A stretch of DNA of 64,000 nucleotides from positions 223,627-287,626 of the forward strand of contig NIVC01001061.1 in assembly GCA_002269645.1 (NCBI GenBank), in the 5' to 3' direction. The stretch is from Macrostomum lignano (taxonomy: Eukaryota). Below the pieces are notes generated by a model. That model saw only the letters and a program-made list of their open reading frames with translations, had not been told where the DNA came from and did no database searches. Numbering within the stretch: position 1 is the first letter of the stretch; every line of letters starts with the position of its first letter. The position numbers and the translations under genes are program-made. This document shows, in pieces, positions 1 to 12,690 of the stretch.

Positions 1-345
1 GTTCAGACTGGGCTACTCAAGTGTCAGAGGTTGGGGAGGGGTTCAGACTGGGCTATTCAAGTGTCAGAGGTTGGGGAGGGGTTCAGACTGGGCTACTCAA
101 GTGTCAGGGGTTGGGGAGGGGTTCAGACTGGGCTACTCAAGTGTCAGAGGTTGGGGAGGGGTTCAGACTGGGCTACTCAAGTGTCAGGGGTTGGGGAGGG
201 GTTCAGACTGGGCTACTCAAGTGTCAGAGGTTGGGGAGGGGTTCAGACTGGGCTACTCAAGTGTCAGAGGTTGGGAAGGGGTTCAGAGTGGGCTACTCAA
301 GTGTCAGAGGTTGGGGAGGGGTTCAGACTGGGTTATTGAAGGGTT
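1..345. repeat. 40-bp minisatellite (GTTCAGACTGGGCTACTCAAGTGTCAGAGGTTGGGGAGGG), about 8.5 copies, cut by the window edge
   Basis: The 40-nt period is directly visible; ORFs here are repeat artefacts. Confidence 0.95.
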
Positions 346-1112
346 CAGATGGCTATTCAAGACTGGGAAACATAGCAATGATTTTGCTAAAGGCATGAAC
401 AATTGGCAAGACTTGTATTTTGAATTATAAATATTTTACATAGTAATGTTAGAAATCTCTATAATACTTTACTTAATCTGTATTTGCCAAATAGTTAAAT
501 TAGTTTTATTTCTTGGTAAATATAGCATTATAAATTCAAGCCAATTTTGTTTTCCAATGCTATTTATAGATAACAAGGTTAACTTATTTTTTACTAAGCA
601 TACTAAGTAAAAGTTTTTGTGCAAATGCAATCACAATGCCTAATAAGCAAAATGTAGAAAATTTTAAAACACCAAAAGTTTTATAATTTTTCTTACTTAA
701 CCAATTATCAAAGTAAGGTGTCTTTTTACTTAGGCAAATGAGATTTATCAAATCAAAAAAATAGTAAAACTATAACTATCAAAATCTCACTAGAGTTCAT
801 ATCATGTTTTTGATCTTCTAATTTTAATAAAGCCTAGTCTAAGTGGAACTGCACTCAGGACAATGTATATATTGTTATTATTGAGGCTATCATTTTAATA
901 TAATGGTACTAAACAATATATGCTTAAAAGCTAGCCTTAGGCGTAAAATGCCTAGGGATCATATAAAAATGTTTTTAGCTATTTTTGCTACTACCAATGC
1001 CTTTAATTCTTTTTTCCCTTTAAAGCAGACATAAATTACTAAAAGTTATTTCCTAACTAGGGATGACAAAGCTAATCTGTTAAAAAATTAAAACAATTAG
1101 AAGTTGTTAATA

Positions 1113-2089
1113 CTTCGGGTGTGTCATAAGTAATGTCACTGCAGGCCTCTGTCTAAAATATGTAGGCACATGGACTTGTGGGTAGTGTAGCTGCAAAGTA
1201 TACTTAGTGAAGCAATAGCAGTGCATTTGAGACGTGCATAGGTTGTTTATGGCCCAAGCTATCGCAAGAATACGCCAAGCAGATTTAGCAAGTGCAACGC
1301 GATGAAAAACCATCTATGCAGCGAACAAAAATCACCATGAATCTCGACATGACGCCTGCACCAAGCAGATCCGCAAGGTGTTTAGCAGCCGGGGCTTGAA
1401 TGACATCCTAAACTGCCTGGTTGCTGAGGATGAAAGCTGGCTCCACCTGGATGGCAAGGGCAGCAAGGCAGACAATCGCTGCTGGCTGGGAGCTGGGGAC
1501 TTCAGGCCGATGGTGACTAGGAAGTCCATCTCGGACAAGAAGACCATGCTGCTGGTAGCCTTCACGCCAAACAAACGAGTCTCCATCTGCACAACTCCAC
1601 CGAACACCAAGGTCGATGGCCAGTATTTTATCGACTTTGTCCGGCACACTGGAGACCTCTGGCGCACTGAGCCGCACTCTCCGGTCAAATCCATGTCACC
1701 GGGACGAAGTTCTGTGGCAGATGGACACCGCACGGCTGCACATCTGAAGGCTGTTTCGAATTTTCTGCCTGTACGGCGAGTGAATATGCTCTGACAGTCC
1801 CTACAGCCCAGACTTCAACTTTTGCAAGAGATTCCTGTTCAAATGGCTGAAGGCTGACTTTTCCAAGAAGAGTTGCAAACCATGAAGAGGTCAAACAGGC
1901 CGCGTTGCACTGGTTATGGCAGTTGAAGGAAAAACACCTGCAGGCTGAGGTGGACAAGCTGTATGAGCACCGCCAGAGGGTGATTGATATTGGGGGACTC
2001 TATGTTGTTGAGTGGTACAGCTTTGTTAATCTGCGATTGCAAGTTTGTCTGTTTTCACATCAGTGACATTACTTATGACACACCCGAAG
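1113..2089 (+). mobile_element. Decayed, internally deleted mariner-type DNA transposon
   Basis: Perfect 29-bp TIRs (CTTCGGGTGTGTCATAAGTAATGTCACTG at 1113-1141; reverse complement at 2061-2089) with TA on both sides (1111-1112, 2090-2091). Interrupted transposase fragments: LVAEDESWLH, KKTMLLVAF, WQMDTARLH (HDNARPH-like), (P)YSPDFNFCKRFLF (YSPDLxPxD-like), with frameshifts and stops. Confidence 0.9.
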
Positions 2090-3519
2090 TATTTCAAGTA
2101 TATCTACTAGAAAAAATTGGTTAAAAATTAAAAAAATAATTTTTGCTTTGCATTTTCTACTTACTTTTTATACTCAAAACTTAAATTTTTTTTTCAATTT
2201 TAAAAATATAAAAGCAACTATTTTTATGGGTGACAGTTTTTTAACAGCCATTTTTATAAAAAAATAATAATATAGTTTGTTAATATCCCAATGAAAGCCC
2301 AATAAAGATTTATTTTTTCCTTATTATTAAGTACTTTTCTCTTCTTTCTAGTTTATACTTGATTTTCATACTATGTGGTTGCATTGCAAAGTTATTTATT
2401 TGCAAAAAAACAATTTTTTATTAACTTTACTTTTTGTATGCATAGTGGCAAGTTATAGGACCCTCACTAATATCCTTAGGCCCTACTCCTAAGATGACAT
2501 TTATGCCAAGAAAATTCCAATGCATAGAAACCTTCTCAGGTCAATAGCTTAGTGAATCTGATAGATAACATAGGTGCAATGTAGCAACATGGCATAATGC
2601 AGGCTATGCAATGTTTAAAATATAGCATATCAATTTATATAAAAAGATAAAATATTATTTTTTAGAAATCTATCTAACTATATTTGAAACTACACTTTAA
2701 ATCTCTTAAAAATAATCTATATAAGACATAACATTTTTTAATTTTGAAATATTTTATGGTCCACATTTTATCATAAAATTTTTTAATATTGTTAGAAAAA
2801 TTTAGCTATATTACAAAAATAATATTTAAACAAACTTTGGCTTAGGTCCTACATAGTTCTTAACAAAATTGACTAAATTTTGGCATTATGATAAAACTTT
2901 TTTCTAGTGCACAATACACATTTTGTCCAAAAAATGTTCTAGCATACAGTGGACATAATATTAACTATGGCCTAGGCCAGGGGTTAGCAAACTTTGGCTT
3001 GCAGGCTAGTTCCCATACTCTCAAATTTATTACACAGTATGCCAGAAAAAATGACCCCTTACACAATAAATTTATATAAAACTGTAAGTTTATACTATAA
3101 AAAAACAAATTTATTTGTCATATTAATATATACTAGACAATGGACATTATCAAAAAGGCATTGCAACAATAAAGGACATTTCCTACATTGTGACAATAGA
3201 TTGTTCCATATGCTAGATACTTTAAGCCAATCATATTTTTCATGTCAATATAGACCTAAGAATTTTCTAGTATACAAGCTGTTACAACCCACAGATTTTG
3301 AACCCAGGGAATTCCAATCCCCGGAACTATTTTTGCATATATTGAGATTAAACTCAAACAAAAACTTTTATAAGTTGGGATAGAGTTAAACATAAAGTAG
3401 AGTACATTCATGCAAAATTAGGATTTGAGGCAAACATTGACATTGTTGGCTGGGGTGCTGCACAGAATATTAGGAAAACTCTGGCCTCTACCTTTGCCTC
3501 TCCCTATGTCCCTTGTATC

Positions 3520-3700
3520 CTTTGAAACTTCTATCTTCCTTTCTGTTTTCTCACTTCTCTCTTGTCTCTTGTCTCTTCTCTCTCCTCTCATCTCTTCTTT
3601 CTTCTCTCCTCTGTCCCCTCTTCTTTTGTCTTTTCCCTCTCCCCTCTTATTCTTTTCTCTCTCCTCTCTTCTCTTCTTTCTTGTCTCTGCTCTCTATTGG
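3520..3700. repeat. CT-rich low-complexity tract
   Basis: Almost pure pyrimidine run; the Ser/Leu/Phe ORFs over it are artefacts. Confidence 0.85.
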
Positions 3701-5074
3701 AATAGGTTGACAAAACGCGGACAACTGTCCGTCACATTTTTGGATTCTCCTGGTGTTGCATTGCGCAACAGTGGTGTCAAGTGATGTGTCAAGTGGCGCG
3801 ACACTGGAAACCTGGTGTCGTCATGCGTCGCATAGCACGACACAACAATGTGGCAACTTGGCAGCTAGCGTTGTCATGTGTCACATTGCGGCTTGGATCT
3901 ATAGCCAAAACCTCGCAAACTGTGTTTCATTGTAATATTTTCACAGTTGTTTCCCAGTATTTAAATGTTCAAACATGTTTGATAATAACTAGTTCTTGAA
4001 TTGTTCTTTTTTATTTTGACAGTAAAGTAACTAATACTTCAAATATAATTTTTAGAAATGTTACTTGTTGGTTACAATGCGTGCGCTGTTTTTCTAAGTG
4101 TTGTACCTTTGTTGTTTTACTGTTTTTTGTTTCTAAATTTCATTTCTTTTTCCGCAAAATTGAAACGAATACTCTCGTCCCTCGCCCCATGGTCTCAGTG
4201 TTGGGAGTAAATGGCAGAACAGGAATTGTCTATTGCAACCTGGCTGCTGTGGTATGACAGAGAAATACATAGACTTCTTTTTTAAACCGATTGCCCAAGC
4301 GCAACCCACTTTCATTAAGGACTCCTATGAGTTCAAGGCATACCTTATGGATAAAAACTGCATGTGGCGATAGGTTTGACTCTGGCAACCTGTGATGTCT
4401 CCATTCTACAAGTACTTCATTCCATAGCTTGTGATATGCATAATTTGCATTGATTGTACATATGGGTAGAACCATAGATCAAAGTAAGTTAAACCAGTGA
4501 TAGCCAATTTCAATTATTAAACCAACTTCAATAATGCAACACATGAATATAAAAGTTGTATGTAACTCAGCAAGGTTTGGATTGTGTGGCTTTGCCATGT
4601 ACTCAAATTTGGTCCCTCTGGCCCATGAGCTTGAGTATGCTCTGTCCTGTGTACTTGACTCTAGATTGTTATAGGCATGTTGGTTGTATGCTTCCTACTT
4701 ATATAATAAAATCAATTGATGATAAATTCTGCAAGGCACGATTTCTTTTCAAAAACCAAGCTTGACCTGTATTTGTTAGTGACTTGACTTGCAGTCCATA
4801 ATGAGCTTCAAGCCTACTTTCAATATTTCTACTCACCTTGCGATATAAAGAAATGAGCCATGCAACGCATGCACTATCACACAAAGAAAATTGTCTCAAG
4901 ATCTGCTTGCTATGCTACAAAAAGGGCTCATCAATGCAACAAATAGGTAATGCCTCACTGAAACATATTTAAGCACACTTTTTGTCAAACTACAATGCGA
5001 ATGATAAGCAGCTACTTGCAGCACTCTGTGCCTGATGCAACAAGCTTCTGGCTGACATTGACAAGGGCATTAAA

Positions 5075-6910
5075 GTGCTAAATGTTTTGATGAACTCATC
5101 TGAGGTCATAAAGGTGAGCCCAACAAAGATTACACAACAGTCCAGCAGTTGTGCTTGCAAAATATGTGAGACTGCCCAGTTCAACATGATTAGGAAAGGC
5201 CTGGGAACATGGAAACCAGAGCCACATTTGCTTGGACAACCCCAAGCTGTATCCCAAGTGTTCAGATCCAGATCATGGTCTGCCACCGGCATAACCTGTT
5301 GTCATCTGCCAGCACTGCCACTCAATGGTCGGCAGAGGTTTGCTTCACTACTGCATGCAACACAGCAATGAGAAAATCTATTCAGTAAGTTGTCGCTAGA
5401 CCGACGAGGTGCCAAAATCTATGCAGGTGACATGATTAAAGCTAAGGCTGCTTTTACCAACTCAAACTCTAGCTTTTAAATGGCAACTAGAGGTTGTGAT
5501 CTTATAGTGTATGTTGGGCAATGGGCTAGTAGTTCTACATCAATGAGAGGTGGCTGCGCCGTACCAGCAGAGGAATTCAGCCAATTCTAGCAGATGCTGT
5601 ATTTGACTGGTTGGCAGACTAAGTTGGCCACCCAATTTTTTCGAGCATGGAAAGGACACAAAAGCATTGAGCCAAATTTGCGCAGCAAACTGAGCACCAT
5701 TGACTCTGCTCTAGATGATTTGTTTGAGTTGACTAATCTAGAAATGGACTGTGCCAAAGGAAAAAGGGAAATGCACAGCATTATATTCTGCACTAATCTT
5801 CTAGCTCTGATTGGCAGAGTGATAACACGTTGTCAGGTCAGTGTGGATGACAGCGCATTGATAAAAGTTGGCATAGACAGCAGAGGCAGCTTCTTGAAGT
5901 TTTGTGTTAGCATTGTGCCTGCTCAAGGTTTAAAAGATCAACCTACTGGAATTGCAGCACATACACAGAAGGCACATGCCATTTCCATTTTGAGGATAGG
6001 AGTCTGTAAACTGCTCCTGCTTGGCATTGCTGAAACTGTTTCTGAGTCCAACAATAATCTGCAGCAGATCCTGAATCTTTTTAATTTTCAAGGATTTTCA
6101 TTCTGTACAGTCAGTTGATATGAAAATTTTAAATGCGATCCTGGGACTTCAGTGCTGCAGCAGCACCCATCCCTGCCCTTGGTGTAAGACTGCCAAGATT
6201 GATTTTTCTAATCCAGACCACATGAATGTGTTGAGATTGATTGGCAATATTTGGCTACAGGCATTTGAGTACCAGCACACTGTAGAAGAAAAAGCGCCGC
6301 GCAATGTGTCTGCTGCTGCTTTCAAAAGCTATGTGCATCCTCCTCTGCTCGAAGTTCCAGATAGCACGATGGTGCTCCAGGCCATTCCACCAATGGGGCT
6401 GCATCTCTTGCTTGGCGTGACCAATTGACTATTCGAAGAACTGGACACTCAACTGCAAGGACTCAAAGACTGTCAGATAAGCACAGATGACTGGCTATAG
6501 CAGCTTGGCCTTCGACAACCATTGCAGAACAGTGGGAACTTTGCCAGAAATGCCTGCGAGTGTCTTCTAAATGGTGTCAACATTTTGATTGCAATGCTGG
6601 CTCAGCACAATGTGTTTTTGGCAATGCCTATAGCTCATGCCCTATGCTGCTTCCACAATGTAAAGGCCTCATGCTTTGGTATGAGTGTGTGTGTGGAGAC
6701 TTTGAGAATCAAGTCCGGGCATTCGAAGAAGCCTATATTGATCTTGGAATCTGCGTCACCCCAAAAGTCCACGCTATTATTGACCACATTGTCCAGTTTT
6801 GAACATGTCCAATCTAGCTGGAGAACTAAAGAAGGGACTTGGCTTCTGGTCTCAGCAAGTGGTTAAGACTGCACACCACAATTTCAACAGCATGTGGCAA
6901 GACTTTCAGA
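5075..6910 (+). pseudogene. Degenerate Chapaev/Transib/RAG1-type DDE transposase relic
   Basis: Ordered motifs across stops and frameshifts: KVGIDSRGSFLK (~5864), VDMKILNAILGLQCCSSTHPCPWC (~6115), IPPMGLHLLLGVTN (~6385), VTPKVHAIIDH (~6755), GFWSQQVVKTAHH (~6840). They parallel the D...DxKxxxxxxGL...CxxC...H...KxH...SE/Q core of Chapaev3, Transib and RAG1. No TIRs found. Confidence 0.7.
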
Positions 6911-9337
6911 TTAATTTTCATCATCCATTGTATCCAGATTGATTGGGCAAGTGTGTTGTTGCATACTGCTCTTGTCATGCCTAAACAAAATGTGAACTAG
7001 ACTGCAAATTAGGATTATACATTTCTCTTTATTGGAATGAACAAATAGTTTTTAGTCAGACCCTTTAGACCATTTTAAAATTCTATTCCAGCTTTGCAAT
7101 GCATGCATAGAGATTGTTGGTTCACTATAAAATGAAATCTAAAAAAGACAAGATAAGCTAGCTATTGTCTTATCCCGATAGGACCCTAGTTATTTTTTCT
7201 TTTATTTATTATTGAATTAATGACAGGAATACACTAGGTAGCTGGTGGAAACCTTAATTTAAATTCTTTCTTTCTTTCTAATTTAAAAACTTATATTGCA
7301 AAAGTCAATGGTAAAAAGCAAAAAGAATTTAATTAAGTTTTCTACTAGCTACTAGAATTATTTCTATGGTAAACTTATATTACAGAAGTCCTTGTTCTTA
7401 CCCATCATCATGGAAAGGGAATAGCTTCCTTTGAAAACTCAGTAGAATTTAATAGGATATGCCTATGGTTCCAAGGGCCAAAATCGCATGAATACGAGAG
7501 CATATGCAGCAAATTTACAGGCTCACAGCCAATGAGATGGTAGCTATGTATGAGGAGGGAATAATAGCTACAACTCAAAAGCAAGTGATAGAAAAATATC
7601 TGGGATAATATGCCTTCCATGCCTTGCATCACTCAAGCACAATTTTGTGCATTGCTTCTTTGTCTGCTTTTATTTAGCATTCTCTGTACTTTATGAGTGT
7701 TTTTTGTTATATTTAGTCACAATTATTCATTGATATTTCAATTTATACTTTATACTTTGGATTTTGAAGGGCAATGGAATACCTATGAATTATAATGAAA
7801 AGTTTCTTAAGATCATATTTTTCAAATTTCACAAACTCATGTAGACATTCATTTTTTGCATCACGCATATTGAAAACTAATAGTAATTAGGTCATATGGT
7901 AATAAAGTGCTGTAGATCAGAGATAGCTTGGCAGATTTTTTGATATTGCACATATGCTATGCTAAGGTCTAGATGAGTGTGTAAATCATTGTCATTTCAG
8001 GCTGATTCTATTTTCACCTTTAGATGGCTTTGAGACATGTGTTAAGATTAAGACTAAGTACAATGCCAGTACATATAATAATGAAAATAAATATTTATAT
8101 ATCTTAAAAAGTATATTATTTTAAAACTAGAAGCAGAAGCATTTTTTATTAGAGGCAGGGGAGTTGTATGCACCCTGGCACACTTAGAGCAACATAGGCG
8201 CATAACTGGCAAGAGGCATTACTACCCATTCTACCAACTTCCCTAAGCAGGCATATAAGCATGCGGATACATACACAAGCACATACTCACATAGGAGTGA
8301 ATAGTGGCCCTAACTTTATGTTATCATTAGGCATGTACACTTTACTGCACCTTGGGGGTTGGCTCTCAAGGCCATTAATTGTGCGAGTAGAGCCAAGCCA
8401 AGATTCTAATTTAGCCCCAAATTAATATGACTACACTTAGAATCAAGCTTGGGTTGTTGGCATACCAGAGTAGCTGCATTACCGCTGGGCTATGGCCCTC
8501 CCTGAAGCACAAGCATACAATCTAAAAATATTTTCCCCAAGGGACCCATAGTATATATGTACACTAACTTTTTGTATATAAATTTTGTAAGCTAAACAAT
8601 TGTTTATAAATGAAAATGCATTATTATCATTGAATGGGATCATAATAATGCTCATAATAGCCAGCCAATCATATTTAATAGCAAACTGTCTCTGCCTTTA
8701 ATATTTGTAACTGTAGCATCCCTTCTTATCAATATAAGTTCTTTTTTCTTTAGATATTTAAAATTTATATCATATTTCTTTAAAATATTGCTATATACAA
8801 AATTACCTTTAGAAAAAATGACAACCCATTTTAACTCTTTTTGCAAGACTTGCAATATTTATTTATGAAAAATAAGCTTTACTAGCTATGTAGCTATACT
8901 ATAATTTTTCTTCTCAAAAAGTTATGTTGTCTGCCAGCAGACAAAAATATAGTAAACAAAATGACTGCACACTAATTTATAGGCCTATAAGCCAAAAAAT
9001 GGCATGAATTTTTATACTAAAATTAGTACACCAACTTGAAAGGGGCATTTGGATGCCAGAATTTTTATATATATATAACCTTCTAGAGTCTAGAATTCAT
9101 AAGGATCCTATGACAATATCCTACTTTAAATTTATTAAATACAATTTACCTTTGACATCACAATAACTTATAAGTGTAAATTTGACATTAATAACTAGTT
9201 GACCTATACAATGGATAAAATACTTCATGGAGAATCCTGACTAGCACACACTCAAGCATGATTCATTAAATAGCCAATGGGAAGAAAGAACTAGTTCTTC
9301 TCTGTACAAAACAATTTAGATTGGTAAATAAACTTAC

Positions 9338-9529
9338 TCGTTTTATTTGCTCAGCAACTTGCTTATCTTCCTTATCATCAATATGACTATGAGCGACATT
9401 TTCTGGTTCGTGCTGATTGGTACTTTGTTGTGACATTGTACTGACATAGTAAACAAAAAAGAAGGCAACAATGAATGACACTCCGATCAGAAGCTTTAGC
9501 CGCGCTGAATGTCTTCTTCTTGAAAACAT
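9338..9529 (-). CDS. Probable first coding exon of a type II membrane protein (short basic N-terminus, TM helix, stem; Golgi enzyme-like topology); downstream exons unresolved
   Basis: MFSRRRHSARLK-LLIGVSFIVAFFFVYYVS-hydrophilic stem; 192 nt ending exactly at a CGA|GTAAGT donor (phase 0). Confidence 0.55.
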
Positions 9530-10024
9530 CCTATTGGGTTTTAATTTGCCGATTTTAACCTTTCAATAATGAAGAGGCAAGATTTAGGCCTTTAACAATT
9601 GGCCTCTTAATTCCAAGACTCAAAAAAGATGTAAAACAGATGATTAAAAAATTAAGTACAATGTGAAAATAGACGAAATAGTCCTACGCCTATCACTATC
9701 ACTTGAATAATAATCAGGGCAAGCAATTAGAGGGTAACTAACTGAGTGGTTTATAGAAAGAAAACAGAATATTGACACAAAAGATGACCTGGGTCACTAT
9801 ACTGAGTCACTCGACATTTTAGCATTTAGCATGTTAAGCTTGGCAACAGTGAAATTTGTAACTCCTGTCCTGTCAAAAAATCATTATACCGACAGGTCTA
9901 TTAAATTATAGCTAGCTTTGTATATACGTCAAAAACACGTATTCACATTTTTATCAAAAAACGTTAAGCACCATATAATTTAGGAATGTTTGTTATAACC
10001 CACACCCGTAATCTGTGCCTAAGT

Positions 10025-10101
10025 TCTAACTAACTAACTAACTAACCAACTAACTAACTAGCTAACTAACTAACTAGCTAACTAACTATACTAACTAACT
10101 A
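10025..10101. repeat. (CTAA)n microsatellite
   Basis: Direct observation. Confidence 0.9.
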
Positions 10102-12690
10102 AGCTGAGCGCTTCACTTGATATTCTTAGAAATGATCTGGAGGCCGGCGCTGTTGATCATCAGTGCATTTTATGCTTTATTGAGAACTATATCGAACCAT
10201 CGACAAATTCGTAAAAAAATTGCGCTGGGAAAATCCGATTTGTCGAGAGCATCATACTGCTGGCGCACAGACCACCACTGGCTGACATCCGCAGATTTCG
10301 TTATACACGCAATACACGCAAATTTCTTCATTTGTATTATAATCACATGCAGCTACAATAGACTATAACAATTGGGGCTTTGAATAAAGGTAGATCCTGC
10401 AAAGAATTTTGCTTAGGACGACTATATATATAGTATAGCAGGACGAAAAACTCACAAACCGTGTAATTTTTAGGAGGCCAATTTCCTGGAAAAATACACT
10501 GCGGAGATAGGAAATAATCATTTTTGCATCACATGATCCTTAGTGATTACTTTGATCTGGGAAAGTGACGATTGCCGTTTCATTTACTTAGAACACACAG
10601 CATGGTATTTTATATACGAGTGTAGTGAAAGTTTCATTTTCATATTGTTTTGTTTATTTGTTCATTGTCCATAAACATCGTTTAATATGAGATGAAAAAA
10701 TGATTATTTCCTATCTCCGAAGTGTATTTTCCGGAACTGGCCTCCTAAAAAATTACACGAGGTCATGGCGTTTTTCGTCTTGTTATTCTGCAGTGGGCCT
10801 TGGATCACGTTTCCAAGTGCAGCCAATTCACGCAGGTCTGCATATGAAACTGCCTGATGCAAGAGTGAGTTGGCCAACGACTGCGGCAATCTCTCAGCTG
10901 TCAGCTGCGGGATTTTAAATTCTGCAGCCAATTTAGTCCCGAATTATTAGGGATAATTGTTTCCACTCACAGCACCTGCCTCAGCACCAGATGGCATTAA
11001 TCGTGCTGAAATTGGGCGCAACTTTTTTTCTGATGGACCGGCAAATAAAAAACTAAGCCGGCTGTTTACAGTCCTACATTTTTCGAACGAGCAATCATGC
11101 AATTGCATGGCCCCAGGAGTTACCGGCGAGTTACCTGTAATTTCCTGCGTGACCCAATTGGAAAGCTTGGTTTATCTACGTAAATATACGTAGATTTTTT
11201 TAACGTAAATTTTACGTGAATGTTGTTCGTGGGTATTACGTATAATTTTCGTGTTCCATGGATATATATAACAAACAACTTTTAACTAAAATTTGCTCCA
11301 CAGTATTTTATTTTTGAATATTGTCTGCATATTTGAACAGGTTCATCATATACTTTCGCGAAGGTCTTCTCTTTGAGCAGAAGCGTAAAGGCAGCAATAA
11401 CGATTGTGGTCAATGATTTGCCTTATGCAATTAGTGTTTTATTAAATTAGATTAAGTGTTTCTTTTAATGGGATAATTCACAATTTTTTTCCTGAGCATA
11501 CAACAAAAAATTAGAGTTATATTTGTTTTAACGTGTTGTTTTAAAATCTAAATTTCAAACTGATTTACTCTTCCATTCGCGTTCGCGCCCAGGCCGGAAA
11601 CATGCATGGACTGGACTAAACATGGAAGTGTTTAGTTAGTGAGAGGTGGATTAATTAACACATGTAAACGTAACTCCAATTGCGAATTACTCTAATAGTT
11701 ACAGTGTATAATGGTGATAAGATTTCTTGTCGCTGTTGTTTGATTTCACGACTATAACATGCAGTTAAAAGTCTCACTGTCTCTGGCTGATTTTGATTGC
11801 TAGTCATACTCATAAACACATTGTGAAACCGTTTGGCCCCAATAATTTAAACTGGAATCTGCAGATCTGTTGTATTGCATTAAGTTCTAGAACAGATGGT
11901 TACTTACATCTCATCCTTCTTATCCTTCTATTTACACAGGCCTACAAATTTTACTTGAAATGCTGAAATCTTAGACATTGACAATGTCAATATTTAGCTA
12001 TTGAGTAGGTCTATTGGCCTATATGTAGCTGTTGACCTATTGTTTCACCAGACTACTAGCTTAGCTAATAACTAGAATTGTTGGTCAATTGTATTGTACT
12101 TATATATTTTATTTTTGCTAGTTGCTAACTATAGTATAATAACTTTTTATGCTTTTGCCAAGATTTGGTTGTGGGTGGTAGACTGGTAGGTAGCAAAATA
12201 TTTTCCTTTTTTATAATGATATTTATTGCTAGGTTCGACATTTATTGCTAATTTATTGCTAATTGACATTTATTGCTAATTTATAATGAACCAGATCATT
12301 AAATTTACCATTCTACCAATGTTAATAGGCTAAATAAACAAAATTTTTAAATAAAGTTTAAAATAAATATATCTTATAGTTTTGCTTTATTGGCAAAGAC
12401 TAGATAGCCTTGCTGATTATTCTTATATTATAACTAAAGTAATAAAAAAGTCTTATATATAAATAATACCTATTGCTGCGTATTGCACTAGAGCATCCTC
12501 TAACACATTAATCTGCCATAGTTATTCTGTGGTACTGAGAAATATAATTTTAACTTTAATTATGAATATTTTAAATTTTGATATTTACTTTTACCCTATT
12601 AATTTATTTTACAATTTCTCTTTCTTTCAGTAATATCATATCTATGGTTCCTAATAACCAAAAAAACATGAACGAAATGTTAAAAAACTT

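Noticed and set aside
4230-4475. 81-aa minus-strand ORF beside the Chapaev-like relic
   Set aside because: No recognisable motif or splice context; it may be part of the decayed element but I cannot support that.
8652-8855. 67-aa ORF as exon 2 of the type II membrane gene
   Set aside because: AT-rich, no phase-0 acceptor matching exon 1, and no recognisable domain.
10704-10931. Possible minus-strand exon (EFKIPQL...LLHQAVSY) beside the CACTA insertion
   Set aside because: Plausible acceptor but a weak donor, no linkable exons and no homology recognised.
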